Part shown: in pieces, positions 1 through 9,664 of the stretch | How positions within the stretch are numbered: the first letter of the stretch is position 1 | Layout: each line of letters opens with the position of its first letter | Source: an uncultured delta proteobacterium | GTDB lineage: Bacteria; Desulfobacterota; WTBG01 | Direction of reading: 5' to 3' | NCBI GenBank assembly: GCA_963793865.1 | Contig: CAWCBP010000006.1 | Span: 96,001 to 160,000 of the forward strand | Length of the DNA: 64,000 nt | The notes under the pieces: model-generated | Seen by the model: the letters and a program-made list of their open reading frames with translations, nothing else | Database searches by the model: none | What the model was told of the DNA's origin: nothing | Made by a program: the position numbers and the translations under genes

Positions 1-1
1 G

Positions 2-295
2 TTGCCAAGATTTGAACAATATGAAGCAGGTAGCCAACTACGACGCGCATCCAAATCAATTTCGGCGAACATAGTTGAAGGCTTCGGTCGCAGAAGATAT
101 AAAGCAGAATTTATTCGTTTTTTAGTTTTTGCCCACTCCTCATGCAATGAAACAATAGAATGGATGGAATATATAAGAGACTGTTATCCTGATTTAGAAG
201 ATAATAATGTTATGGAAATATTGCAGAAGCTGGACGAACTTGGGAGAAAACTCAATAGTTTTATCAGAGCGGTTGAAAAGGAACACAAGTCATAA
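2..295 (+). CDS. four helix bundle protein (23S rRNA-IVP/S23-like family), 5'-truncated by window edge
   Basis: Motif QLRRASKSISANIVEGFGRR...FIRFL..AHSSCNET is typical of the family; followed by 7-nt tandem repeats. Confidence 0.88.
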   Translation: MPRFEQYEAGSQLRRASKSISANIVEGFGRRRYKAEFIRFLVFAHSSCNETIEWMEYIRDCYPDLEDNNVMEILQKLDELGRKLNSFIRAVEKEHKS

Positions 296-362
296 TGTCA
301 CAGGAGAAGATAATATATCCCATGCCCCACATCGCACATCACACATCCCCTAAAAGTCTTGT

Positions 363-770
363 ATGGATGAACTGAAAAGTCTGGAAGATAACGGCATGTG
401 CTTTGCCTGCGGGAAGAAGAATGAAAAGGGTCTTCATCTGGAATTCTCTTTTCACGAGCAGGAAAAGAGCGTGGAGATGACCTTTTGCCCGCAGGATACG
501 CACCAGGGCTGGCAGGGCATTGTGCATGGCGGCATTATCTCGACCCTCATGGATGAGGCCATGGCCAAGCTGGCCCAGCTTCTCGGATTGCACGCGCTGA
601 CTGCATCGCTCGATGTGCGCTTTAAAGAAGTTGCCAGAACAGGAGAACCGCTGTATGTGAGAGCCGAGTTGGCTAAACTTACCAAGAAACTGATCTATGC
701 CAAAGCGGTTGCCGGCCGTGCTGATGGCAGTGTTGTGGCCGAGGCACAGGCGAAGCTGATAATCATGTAA
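363..770 (+). CDS. PaaI family (hotdog-fold) thioesterase
   Basis: CFACGKKNEKGLHL and HQGWQGIVHGGIISTLMDEAM motifs. Confidence 0.9.
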   Translation: MDELKSLEDNGMCFACGKKNEKGLHLEFSFHEQEKSVEMTFCPQDTHQGWQGIVHGGIISTLMDEAMAKLAQLLGLHALTASLDVRFKEVARTGEPLYVRAELAKLTKKLIYAKAVAGRADGSVVAEAQAKLIIM

Positions 771-777
771 GGAGCGA

Positions 778-975
778 TCTGCGATGTGCGATATGAGATG
801 TGAGATGAAAGATGCAAGAGGATGCATGATCAAAGAAAACTCGCAATCCGAAGCACGAAATCCGGAACAAATAAAATGACCCAATCCTCTGTCGGTTCCT
901 GTTTGTTTCATGAACATGCATCTTGTATCAGGTATCGTGTATCACATCGTTGATATCCCCGATCGCACATCTGCG
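778..975. repeat. degenerate 7-nt tandem repeats (GATRTGN) and their complement
   Basis: GATGTGC GATATGA GATGTGA GATGAAA GATGCAA at about 783-817; complementary CATCTTG/TATCGTG/CACATCG run at about 918-972. Confidence 0.7.
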
Positions 976-982
976 CTCTATT

Positions 983-1906
983 ATGAAACTGTTTGAAGGC
1001 GCCTCCCAGATTAAGGAAAAGCTGCAAAATCCGGTGGTTACCATCGGGAATTTTGATGGGGTGCATCTGGGCCACCAGGCGCTTTTCGCAAAGGTTATAG
1101 ACAGGGCCCATTCCATCAATGGCGTTTCCGTGGTTTACACCTTTGACCCCCATCCCCTCAAGGTGCTGCAGCCGCATCGTCCTTTCCCCCTCATTACCAC
1201 CCGTGAGGAAAAACAGCAGGCAATCGAGCGATATGGTATTGATGTGCTGATTCGGGAGCACTTTACCGAGGCCTTTGCCCGGCTCTCAACGGAAAGTTTT
1301 GTGGGCGACATTCTGTGCGGCTTCATTCAGGCAAAAGAGGTTTTCATCGGCCCTGATTACCGTTTCGGGCAAGGCAGAAAAGGGACTACCGATCTGCTCA
1401 GGAGCCTCGGCGAGCGGTGCGGCCTCAAGGTAAACATTTTGGAAAATATAGAGGTCGGCGGGGTTGAAGTGCGGAGCACCGTGATCAGAAACCTCATTTT
1501 TGAAGGGAGGGTGAGAGAGGCGACACATTTTCTGGGCCGGCCCTATACCTTGAAAGGCAAGGTGATTACGGGACATGCCATTGGCAGGGCGATCGGTATT
1601 CGTACTGCAAATCTGGATCCGGAGAAAGAGCTTTATCCCCGAAGCGGCATTTTTGCTGTCAGGGTGCTCTTTGACGGAAACTGTGCGAAAGGCGTACTCA
1701 ACATAGGCAGCAATCCAACTTTTCCGGGAAAGGGGTTTTCAATCGAAGTGCACATCCTGGACTTTGCGCAGGACCTCTATGGCAGTCAGATTGAACTGAT
1801 TTTTATCCAAAAGCTGAGGGATGAGAAAAAATTCGAATCACCGGTGGAACTGGTGGAGCAGATCAGGAAGGATATTGAGGCGGCCAGACAGATCTTAAAA
1901 TCTTAA
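983..1906 (+). CDS. ribF: bifunctional riboflavin kinase/FAD synthetase
   Basis: TIGNFDGVHLGHQ, TFDPHP, GRAIGIRTAN, NIGSNPTF, EVHILDF, LRDEKKF; ATG at 983 preferred because the upstream extension reads through repeats. Confidence 0.96.
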   Translation: MKLFEGASQIKEKLQNPVVTIGNFDGVHLGHQALFAKVIDRAHSINGVSVVYTFDPHPLKVLQPHRPFPLITTREEKQQAIERYGIDVLIREHFTEAFARLSTESFVGDILCGFIQAKEVFIGPDYRFGQGRKGTTDLLRSLGERCGLKVNILENIEVGGVEVRSTVIRNLIFEGRVREATHFLGRPYTLKGKVITGHAIGRAIGIRTANLDPEKELYPRSGIFAVRVLFDGNCAKGVLNIGSNPTFPGKGFSIEVHILDFAQDLYGSQIELIFIQKLRDEKKFESPVELVEQIRKDIEAARQILKS

Positions 1907-1925
1907 GCGGGCTTTGAGAGATAAG

Positions 1926-2141
1926 TTATTCGGCATCAACTTGATCCGCTTCCGCCCGCCTCTTTACGCCGAAGGCGATGACGGCAATCCCCGCCATAGA
2001 GAAGATATAGCCTGCAACCGTTACCGCTTTACCTGTGGTTCCGCTCAATTCGGGTGCAAGGAGGCGAACGGCCGCCAAGCCGATCAGCGCGACAACCGTG
2101 CCTGTCAGCCAATAACCTTTTTTTGCCCGAATTGGGTTCAT
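1926..2141 (-). CDS. small two-TM membrane protein coupled to the decarboxylase beta gene
   Basis: ATGA overlap with upstream stop at 2138-2141; two hydrophobic segments. Confidence 0.6.
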   Translation of the reverse strand: MNPIRAKKGYWLTGTVVALIGLAAVRLLAPELSGTTGKAVTVAGYIFSMAGIAVIAFGVKRRAEADQVDAE

Positions 2142-3343
2142 CGCAACAGGGTCACATAAATGGCGGCGAGGATGGCCGTCGTGATCACGCCGCAAACGTT
2201 GGCCCCCATGGCGAATGGCAGGATCATCGCATGCTTGTTGACCAGTCGTACCTCCTTCTGGACCACCTTGGCCGTCGTCGGCACACAGGAGACGCCGGCA
2301 ATGCCCACGGCGGGATTATATTTCCCCTTGGTTAAAAAATACACGATATACCCGCCGATAATGCCGCCGACACCAGAGAGCAGAAGGGCCAGACTCCCGA
2401 GAAAAAGCAGAATCCACACCTTGGGATTCAAAATCGTGTTCGCCTCGCACAGGACCCCCAGGAGCAGTCCGAGGAAGAAGGTCGAACCATAGAGAACGGT
2501 GCTTTCCATGAATTCCACAAAGCGGGTCACACCCGATTCCTTGATGACGACGCCTACAAAAAAAGAGAGGAACAGGGGTGCCGCCACCGGAAAGAGGAGG
2601 CTGAGTATGGTGCACGTAATCGTGGCAAAAGCCATTTTTTCACCCGGAGTGATTTTGGGGATGCCTTTAATGTCCATCTTGATGCCCCGGAGTTTCGCCG
2701 GAACCAGGAGCCGGATCATGTAGGGGTAAACGGCATAGGTCAAACTCAGATAAAGGTAGGCGACGATGGTGATGGGGACGAAGAGATGCTTTGCCAACAT
2801 GAGAGAGGTAAACAGAACCATGGGACCATCCGCCCCGCCGACAATGGCGATCGCAGCTGCTTCCTGAGGAGTCAGGCCCATCCAGACGGCAATGGGAAGG
2901 GTGGCCACTGAGCCCAGCTCGGCAAAGACGGCAATGAACATGCTGGTGAAAGGTTTCATCATGACATAGCCCACATCGGTGATGACGCCGATTCCCATGA
3001 AGACCAGACAAGCAATGAGGCCGTTGCTGAAAGTAAAGGTGTAGATTGGTTGAAGCCAGTTGATCTGCAGGATGTCCATCAATTTTGCCGTATCACTGAC
3101 CATGGGATCGACGAAGATGGTTCCCATGGTGTTGGCCGACAGGAAAAGCACGGCGGCGTTGACGGTCGCCATCCCCAATCCCATGGGAATCATGATCAGA
3201 GGTTCGAGAATTCCCTTGGCGCCAAAATAGACAAAGGCAATTCCCAGCGCAATGAGAAAAAGCCGGCCGAAGGCGATCATCGGCTCGCCATAAACCATGG
3301 TCGCAATACCCTGAAATAGATATAAAATATCAAATTGAGGCAT
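2138..3343 (-). CDS. oadB: sodium ion-translocating decarboxylase subunit beta (OadB/GcdB/MmdB family)
   Basis: AIVGGADGP (catalytic Asp region), GIAGVSCVPTTAK, AMGANVCGVI; highly hydrophobic. Confidence 0.92.
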   Translation of the reverse strand: MPQFDILYLFQGIATMVYGEPMIAFGRLFLIALGIAFVYFGAKGILEPLIMIPMGLGMATVNAAVLFLSANTMGTIFVDPMVSDTAKLMDILQINWLQPIYTFTFSNGLIACLVFMGIGVITDVGYVMMKPFTSMFIAVFAELGSVATLPIAVWMGLTPQEAAAIAIVGGADGPMVLFTSLMLAKHLFVPITIVAYLYLSLTYAVYPYMIRLLVPAKLRGIKMDIKGIPKITPGEKMAFATITCTILSLLFPVAAPLFLSFFVGVVIKESGVTRFVEFMESTVLYGSTFFLGLLLGVLCEANTILNPKVWILLFLGSLALLLSGVGGIIGGYIVYFLTKGKYNPAVGIAGVSCVPTTAKVVQKEVRLVNKHAMILPFAMGANVCGVITTAILAAIYVTLLR

Positions 3344-3362
3344 ATTAATTAAATTCCTTTCG

Positions 3363-3524
3363 TTATTTGGATGAATCAATTTTCGTTGCCGTTTCAGAGC
3401 GACCCGCTTCGAGGATGCGGCACAGGATCGAAATGATTACGGCAATACCTAGAGAGATGACAGCGCAGAGAAAATACGTCAGTGCCGCAATCTGGATCGG
3501 CCCCATGTTTGTTGCTGTGTTCAT
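3363..3524 (-). CDS. small single-TM protein, probable gamma/delta-type subunit of Na+ decarboxylase
   Basis: 53 aa with one TM helix, AAGGAG RBS, immediately upstream of the beta subunit. Confidence 0.6.
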   Translation of the reverse strand: MNTATNMGPIQIAALTYFLCAVISLGIAVIISILCRILEAGRSETATKIDSSK

Positions 3525-3832
3525 TATTACTGTCTCCTTATCATGAAGGTAATCTATATTCCACTTTGTTCCCTTTCGAGGCAAAAGGACGAAGAGGGTG
3601 TCATGGTCATGAACGCTACATTTTCCGCTATTTCTGAATAAATCCTTATGGTGAAACCTCTTAAGGCAACTATAGTGGAGCCCCTTACCGGATAACGGCA
3701 AAGTTGTCAAGTTTTTGTTTGATAAGAACGTGCTTTCTGACGGGAGCAGTATGGATTTCGTATTTCGTGCTTCGAACGTAGGACTTCCTCTGCCTCCATC
3801 TTGCATCACGTTCCATATCCTCCCTCACAGGC

Positions 3833-5749
3833 TCAACCCTTCTTCTCCCTCAGCACCCTCTTGTCCCCCACCCGTATGGTGATCTTGGATTGATCAAAAT
3901 ATTCCAGCAGCGGTATGGCAAATTTGCGGGAGGCCTGGATGAGTTCCTTGAACTGGGCGGGGGTAATCTCGCCGTTTTTTTTGAGCGTCGCAACCAGGGT
4001 TCTGGTGAGCCCTTCGATCGCCTCCCGATGAAACCAGAGATTTTCTTTAACCTTTACCAGCTGACCGTCGGAGGTGAGCAGGTCAATAATTGACTGCGTT
4101 TCCTTCGCCGGGCTGCGGAGCTGTTCAACCAATTCCTTAACCGTGGGCGGTGTGAGACTGCTCTTGAGGTACAGGGCGGCAATCTTTTCCTTCAGGTCCT
4201 TTTGGGCATCTTTCAGCTGCGGCTTGTATTCCTGCAGCCACAGCTTGTCTTTATCCACCGTGAGCCGGCCTGCGTTGAACAGATCGTTCAGCAGATGCTG
4301 AAAGAGACGGGTGTCAACCAGCTGCGGAAGCTTGCTTTTCAGTTCCTCTTTGAGCATGCCCTGTTTAAGGGGGAATTTTTTATGGTAGTCATTGATTTCA
4401 TCCAGCACCAGCGACTTCAGCTTTTCATAGTGCTCTGCGGCAATAACCTTGGAGGTTTCCCTGTCAATGAGCACCAGCTTTTTTTCTCCGGTGAGGGAGC
4501 CCAGCAGGCCGGTAAGCTGTGAGGCGCCCTTGCCCATCCGCGCGGTGATCTGCTGCAGGTCAAGTCCCGCAAAGCCCGCATCGGATATGAAGAGCAGGGC
4601 CTGCTCCTTTTCCGTGCCGGCTTGTATGGCGCTGAGCTGTCCCACCGTCTCTTCCGCCAGTCTCTTGTGCTTGTGGGGATGGGCGTCGAGCACTTCGCCT
4701 CCGCCGATGGTGTAGAGCGGCGAATAACTCCTCATGACGAACCGGTCATGGGGAAGGACAACAACCGGCTCCTCGAGAATGATCTGGGCGAGGGAGCTGC
4801 TGCCGGGCGACAGTTCGTCCTTGTCCAGCAGAATGACCTTGCAGAGCACCTCGCTGGTTCCGCTGTGGAACCGCGCCAGGGAACGGTTTTTAAGCGGCTT
4901 CGATGAAGAGGGGAGGTGTTCGAGCTTTACGTCAATCCTCGCGGTGGGCTCCAAAGTGCGGGGATGTACCAGCATGCTTCCTTTTTGGACCGCTTCCTTC
5001 TCAAGTCCCTGCAGGTTAATGGCCGTCCTCAAACCGGCGGTTGCCTGCGATACCTGCAGGTTGTGCACCTGAATGCCGCGCACCCTGGCTTCAAAACGGC
5101 CGGGGAGTATCTCCACGCCGTCCCCCACCGACACGGATCCGGAAATGAGGGTGCCGGTTACAACCGTTCCGAAGCCTTTCATGCTGAAAACGCGGTCGAT
5201 GGGGAGCCTGAAAATACCCGCTGACGGCCTTTCTTCAATCTCCCGGGCCATTTGCTCCATGACCGCAATAAGCGAAGTGATTCCCTCTCCCGTGACCGAG
5301 GAGAGGGGAACGATCGGCGCCTGCTCCAGAAAACTTCCCTTGCCGAATGCCCTTATTTCTTGCTGGACCAGCTGGAGCCACTCTTCATCAACCAGGTCGG
5401 TTTTGGTGAGGGCAATGATGCCTCTCCGGGTTTTGAGTATTTTGCAGATGTCAAGGTGCTCCCGGGTCTGCGGCATGATCCCTTCATCAGCCGCGATGGT
5501 GAACAGCACGATGTCGATGCCGCCGACACCCGCGACCATGTTCCTGATGAATTTTTCGTGTCCGGGAACATCCACTATGCCGAGCCGCTGTCCGCCGGGC
5601 AGTAAAAAAGAGGTAAACCCCAGCTGTATGGTAATACCTCTTTCCTTTTCTTCCTTCAGCCGGTCAAGGTCGACGCCGGTTAAGGTTTTAATGAGCGTGG
5701 TTTTGCCGTGATCAATGTGGCCGGCAGTCCCGAGGATGACATGTTTCAT
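3833..5749 (-). CDS. selB: selenocysteine-specific translation elongation factor
   Basis: GTAGHIDHGKT, EEKERGITI, DVPGHEKF; C-terminal winged-helix SRKFAIPLLEYFD...RVGDKR. Confidence 0.97.
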   Translation of the reverse strand: MKHVILGTAGHIDHGKTTLIKTLTGVDLDRLKEEKERGITIQLGFTSFLLPGGQRLGIVDVPGHEKFIRNMVAGVGGIDIVLFTIAADEGIMPQTREHLDICKILKTRRGIIALTKTDLVDEEWLQLVQQEIRAFGKGSFLEQAPIVPLSSVTGEGITSLIAVMEQMAREIEERPSAGIFRLPIDRVFSMKGFGTVVTGTLISGSVSVGDGVEILPGRFEARVRGIQVHNLQVSQATAGLRTAINLQGLEKEAVQKGSMLVHPRTLEPTARIDVKLEHLPSSSKPLKNRSLARFHSGTSEVLCKVILLDKDELSPGSSSLAQIILEEPVVVLPHDRFVMRSYSPLYTIGGGEVLDAHPHKHKRLAEETVGQLSAIQAGTEKEQALLFISDAGFAGLDLQQITARMGKGASQLTGLLGSLTGEKKLVLIDRETSKVIAAEHYEKLKSLVLDEINDYHKKFPLKQGMLKEELKSKLPQLVDTRLFQHLLNDLFNAGRLTVDKDKLWLQEYKPQLKDAQKDLKEKIAALYLKSSLTPPTVKELVEQLRSPAKETQSIIDLLTSDGQLVKVKENLWFHREAIEGLTRTLVATLKKNGEITPAQFKELIQASRKFAIPLLEYFDQSKITIRVGDKRVLREKKG

Positions 5750-5880
5750 AAAGGTTGGGCGATTACAGGCGGATGAGCAGCTTCATGTATCACATACCTT
5801 AAACGAAAGCCGGCTCCTTTTCAACATAATTTTGCCCTTCGGGGAAGATGTCCGGTAAATCAGGGTGACAACGAGAAGCA

Positions 5881-5912
5881 GTGAATTACCCCGCAGCAGA
5901 GCCGCGGGGTTT
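5881..5912. mobile_element. isolated IS200/IS605-type end hairpin (no transposase)
   Basis: GTGAATT ACCCCGC AGCAGAGCC GCGGGGT subterminal hairpin; family assignment is by resemblance only. Confidence 0.45.
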
Positions 5913-6046
5913 TCCGGCACGATTTAAAAAGGGAGAAAAGATGGGCTGCGCAGGACTGCTGGAGATGTACTGCGACCTCTCTGATAGAGAGGTAATTGTG
6001 GTTGCGGGATTACGAGCGCACTTTAAACGCGAGCACGGGTGCTCCC

Positions 6047-6466
6047 TTATTCCTCCAGATCTTCGGTATCGATACTGGACAGGTCGCGGTATGGCGCTTC
6101 TTCCTCGATCTTTTTGAAGGATCCCGTCTGCTTTTCGTGGATTGATTTGCAGGGAACGCAGAGAAGTGCAAAGGGCATTATTTTCAGCCGTTCGGGGGAT
6201 ATTTTTTTGCCGCATTCCTCGCAGATACCATAGGTACCGTCTTCGATCCGCTGCAGGGCTTCCTCTATTTCGATAAGCTTTTCCCGGTCACGATCGCTCA
6301 GGATATGCGAGAGCTGGCGGTCTCTTTCATGGTCCGCCCAGTCGTAGAGATCCATGATTTCGGCCTTCACGTCCTGGGCTTCAATATGTCTGTTTTTGGC
6401 AATCTCCTCGATGAGCTGCTCCCGCGATTTAATAAGCATTTTCTTAATGTTTTTATAGGTATTCAC
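6047..6466 (-). CDS. TraR/DksA family C4 zinc-finger transcription factor
   Basis: DLYDWA coiled-coil tip, IEEALQRIEDGTYGICEECG...ERLKIMPFALLCVPCK. Confidence 0.92.
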   Translation of the reverse strand: MNTYKNIKKMLIKSREQLIEEIAKNRHIEAQDVKAEIMDLYDWADHERDRQLSHILSDRDREKLIEIEEALQRIEDGTYGICEECGKKISPERLKIMPFALLCVPCKSIHEKQTGSFKKIEEEAPYRDLSSIDTEDLEE

Positions 6467-6844
6467 GCGATGCCTCTCTTTTTTGTTTTGAGGGGAGATT
6501 TTATTTATCCAATAGCAGTTTTTTTGTCAATAAAAATTAGCTTAAAGGAATTATATTTTCAAGACAACGTCGAGAAATGCTCTTGTCTCATTAAAATTAG
6601 AGAAAACTATCGGCACCGGCCGCGGGAATCTTAAGCGCTGATTATCTTCATGTGGGAGGCCGTTTTGCACGGGCCAGGATGATTGAAGCGGTTAAACCCT
6701 TGTATCACAAATGCAAAATGTGCTGCAAATTGCCTGCAAACATTGCATGCTGCTTAGCCTAGAATTAGTTTGACAGGATGCCGGATTGAAATTATTATTT
6801 TTCACCCGCAGCTTTGGGACCCGGCTGCCGGGAAAGAGCGGAGG

Positions 6845-7330
6845 TTGGCCATCGTAAACAACAATCTGTCAAATGATGAACGCTTCATGAAACTGGCACT
6901 GGAGGAAGCTCGCATGGCTCTCGCGGAGGGTGAGGTTCCTGTCGGTGCCGTGCTTGTTGCAGAAGGTGAAGTGATCGCGCGCGCCCATAATCTGCCGATT
7001 TCCTTGCATGATCCTACTGCCCACGCTGAGATTCTGGCGCTGAGGGAGGCTGCCCTGAGAAAACAGAATTATCGCTTGCCCAACTCTATGCTTTATGTTA
7101 CGGTTGAACCTTGTTCCATGTGTGCCGGGGCGATGATTCATGCTCGTGTCGGCCGGTTGATATTCGGTACTGCCGATCCCAAGTCCGGCGCGTGCGGCTC
7201 CGTCTATGACCTACTTGCCGGACCAGGGAAGCATTCAGGTGTGACCGTCGTTTCCGGTGTGCTGGAAGGTGAATGCCGGGAAATTATTCAGGGGTTTTTC
7301 AGGACTAAGAGGTCTAAACAGGATGCATGA
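6845..7330 (+). CDS. tadA: tRNA adenosine(34) deaminase (start uncertain: 6770, 6845 or 6887)
   Basis: EVPVGAVLV, DPTAHAE, EPCSMCAGA; usual position next to tRNA-Ser/ffs/dnaX. Confidence 0.93.
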   Translation: MAIVNNNLSNDERFMKLALEEARMALAEGEVPVGAVLVAEGEVIARAHNLPISLHDPTAHAEILALREAALRKQNYRLPNSMLYVTVEPCSMCAGAMIHARVGRLIFGTADPKSGACGSVYDLLAGPGKHSGVTVVSGVLEGECREIIQGFFRTKRSKQDA

Positions 7331-7497
7331 TGCAGGATACACGATGCAGGATGGGCCAAACCAATGTTCGTGACGATAGACAGTGCCGGCATACAATAAG
7401 AAGCGTTCCCGCAGAAATGTATTTGTGTAAAATTTGGACATTGTAATGCAGGATTTGTCCTTTTCCTGTATCCTGCATTATGGATCATGCATCGTGC
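7320..7497. repeat. 7-nt tandem repeats (GATGCAG-type) and complement
   Basis: GATGCAT GATGCAG GATACAC GATGCAG at 7322-7349; CTGTATC CTGCAT..CATGCATC at about 7466-7493. Confidence 0.6.
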
Positions 7498-7504
7498 TCT
7501 CAAA

Positions 7505-7593
7505 GGAGAGATGGCCGAGTGGTTGAAGGCGCCGCTCTCGAAAAGCGGTAACTCAAGAAATTGGGTTCGTGGGTTCGAATCCCACTCTCTCCG
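7505..7593 (+). tRNA. tRNA-Ser(CGA)
   Basis: GGAGAGA/TCTCTCC acceptor stem, anticodon arm CCGCT-CTCGAAA-AGCGG, long variable arm, GTTCGAATC; CCA not encoded. Confidence 0.96.
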
Positions 7594-7715
7594 CTTTTCT
7601 AAGTGTGCAGCTGCCGGTTGACAGTCAGCAGCCTGAAAGGGCAATGCTGAAAAACGAGGCTGCTTCTCGATGAGGATGTGCAAACTGTAAACTGATACCT
7701 GAACTCTGTTATTCT

Positions 7716-7808
7716 GGAGAGATGCCCGAGAGGCCGAAGGGGCGCGACTGGAAATCGCGTGTCCCGTCAAAAACGGGACCGTGGGTTCGAATCCCACTCT
7801 CTCCGCCA
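7716..7808 (+). tRNA. tRNA-Ser(GGA)
   Basis: Anticodon arm CGCGA-CTGGAAA-TCGCG, long variable arm, GTTCGAATC, encoded CCA. Confidence 0.97.
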
Positions 7809-7837
7809 GGTTTTTTTGCCACAGCAGCATAGATAAT

Positions 7838-7941
7838 TGATAGCTGGGTCCTGCGCAACGAAAATTTACAAACCCCGTCAGGTCCGGAAGGAAGCAGCGG
7901 TAGTAAAACCTTTCGTGTGCCGCAGGGTAGCCTGGCTATCA
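7838..7941 (+). ncRNA. ffs: signal recognition particle small RNA (4.5S)
   Basis: Domain IV core TCAGGTCCGGAAGGAAGCAGC; terminal pairing TGATAGC...GCTATCA; upstream of dnaX. Confidence 0.95.
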
Positions 7942-7963
7942 TTTTTTTAAGGGGTGTTATATC

Positions 7964-9664
7964 GTGTCATATCAGGTGATTGCGCGCAAGTGGCGGCCGC
8001 AGCGTTTTGATGACGTGGTCGGACAGAACCACGTGGTCAAAACCCTCCAGAATGCCATAGCCGGCGGCAGGATCGCGCACGCCTTTCTTTTTGCCGGTCA
8101 GCGGGGTATCGGTAAAACCTCCATTGCCCGCATTCTGGCCAGGGCGCTCAACTGCGAGCAGGGTCCCACACCCACACCCTGCGGCACCTGTCCCTCCTGC
8201 AGGGAGATTACCGAGGGGTCGACCATGGATGTGCTGGAGATCGACGGCGCATCCAACACGGGTGTCAATGATGTGCGGGAGTTGAGGGAGAGCGTCAAAT
8301 ACGTGCCCGCGCACGGCAGGTACAAGATTTATATTATTGATGAAGTGCACATGCTCTCGACTCCCGCTTTCAATGCCCTGCTCAAAACGCTTGAAGAGCC
8401 GCCCCCGCATGTCATCTTCATGTTTGCCACCACGGAAGTGCACAAGATTCCTTCCACCGTCCTTTCCCGCTGCCAGCGGTTTGATCTGCGCAGGATTTCC
8501 TTGGAAGCGCTGGTGGCGCATCTCCGCCACATTGCTGCCGGGGAGGGGATTACCGTCAGTGAAAAGGGCCTGCGGTGGATTGCCAGAGATGCCGAGGGAA
8601 GCATGCGGGATGCCCAGAGCATTCTGGACCGCGTCATTTCCTATGCGGGGAAAGAAGTTTCCGACAAGGACATCAGCGAGATAGTCGGCATGGTGGACCG
8701 GGATTTGCTGCTGCGGGCGTCGCAGGCCATAGTCAGCAAGGATGCGCAGACCTGCCTGTCAGTGGCGAAGGACCTCTTCCAGTGCGGCAGCGACGTACGG
8801 CAGTTTTATCACGCATTCCTTGAGCAGTTGCGCAACATGATCATGGTCAAGGTGAGCGAGAACCCCTCCCGGCTTCTGGACCTTTCGCCGGAGGAGTGCA
8901 CTGAACTGGCGGAGCAGGTCAAAGACTGTGAGCTGGAGACACTGCAGCGCCTGTTTGATATCTGGTTAAAAGGAGAGGAAGAGCTGTACCGGTCATCCAT
9001 GCCCCAGATCATTCTGGAGATGCTGCTGCTGAAGATGGTTTACAGCAGGCGCCTGCTGCCTGTGGACGATGCCCTGGCCAAACTGGCCGATATTGAGCGC
9101 AGGATTGCATGCCCCGCCGGTGCCGGAGAACCGCCTGCGGACGCGGCGGTGAAATCCCGCGGAGACAATGATGAAGTCCGCCGCGGCAGGGACGCTCCGG
9201 CTCAAAGGGGTGCGGCCGAAGAGCAGTCCCGGAGCTGGCCGGGGTTTCTCGCGTACGCGAAAAGAGAAAAGCCCATGCTGGCGGCGCTGCTGGATCATGG
9301 CTGCCTCGTTTCTCTCGATGAAACGAAGCTGGAGGTGGGCTTTGCCCCCGACTCAATTTTCCTGGAAAGTGCCAGGGACGCCGACAAGATCAGCCAGCTG
9401 AAAAAACTGAGCGAGGCTTTTTTCGGGCGGGCCCTGCGCGTTGCCGTTTCAGCCCTGGATAAAGACGCACTGCCTCCATCGCCGGAACCATTGCCTCAGG
9501 ATGAAGGGGCGGCAGTGCAGGTTGAAGAGCAGCCGCCGCAGGACAAGGCGCTTCTCCATGAGGCCCTCTCATTGTTTGACGCCACCATTGTGGAGGTGAA
9601 GGCGGAAGAGGGTGGAGGGAATCCGGCCGGCGGCACCCGGAAGCCGAGAGGAAGAAAGGGGTAA
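7964..9664 (+). CDS. dnaX: DNA polymerase III subunit gamma/tau
   Basis: ARKWRPQRF, GQRGIGKTS, EIDGASNTGV, IIDEVHML, SRCQRF. Confidence 0.97.
   Translation: MSYQVIARKWRPQRFDDVVGQNHVVKTLQNAIAGGRIAHAFLFAGQRGIGKTSIARILARALNCEQGPTPTPCGTCPSCREITEGSTMDVLEIDGASNTGVNDVRELRESVKYVPAHGRYKIYIIDEVHMLSTPAFNALLKTLEEPPPHVIFMFATTEVHKIPSTVLSRCQRFDLRRISLEALVAHLRHIAAGEGITVSEKGLRWIARDAEGSMRDAQSILDRVISYAGKEVSDKDISEIVGMVDRDLLLRASQAIVSKDAQTCLSVAKDLFQCGSDVRQFYHAFLEQLRNMIMVKVSENPSRLLDLSPEECTELAEQVKDCELETLQRLFDIWLKGEEELYRSSMPQIILEMLLLKMVYSRRLLPVDDALAKLADIERRIACPAGAGEPPADAAVKSRGDNDEVRRGRDAPAQRGAAEEQSRSWPGFLAYAKREKPMLAALLDHGCLVSLDETKLEVGFAPDSIFLESARDADKISQLKKLSEAFFGRALRVAVSALDKDALPPSPEPLPQDEGAAVQVEEQPPQDKALLHEALSLFDATIVEVKAEEGGGNPAGGTRKPRGRKG

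Noticed and set aside
778..975. CRISPR array from the short periodic repeats
   Set aside because: The period is 7 nt, the units are degenerate, and there are no unique spacers.
5881..6215. Short ORFs overlapping the IS-end hairpin and the dksA-like gene
   Set aside because: They have no recognisable motif and overlap a confident gene or a repeat.
7594..7715. Riboswitch or sRNA in the tRNA spacer (TCAGCAGCCTGAAAGGGCAATGCTGA hairpin)
   Set aside because: It is a single hairpin without a recognisable aptamer consensus; an Rfam cmscan would be needed.
7505..7808. Possible tRNA-Sec (selC) near selB
   Set aside because: The anticodons are CGA and GGA with 7-bp acceptor stems; both are ordinary tRNA-Ser.
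7964..9664. Programmed frameshift producing DnaX gamma
   Set aside because: No A AAA AAG slippery site with a downstream hairpin, and no long A-run, was found at the expected position.
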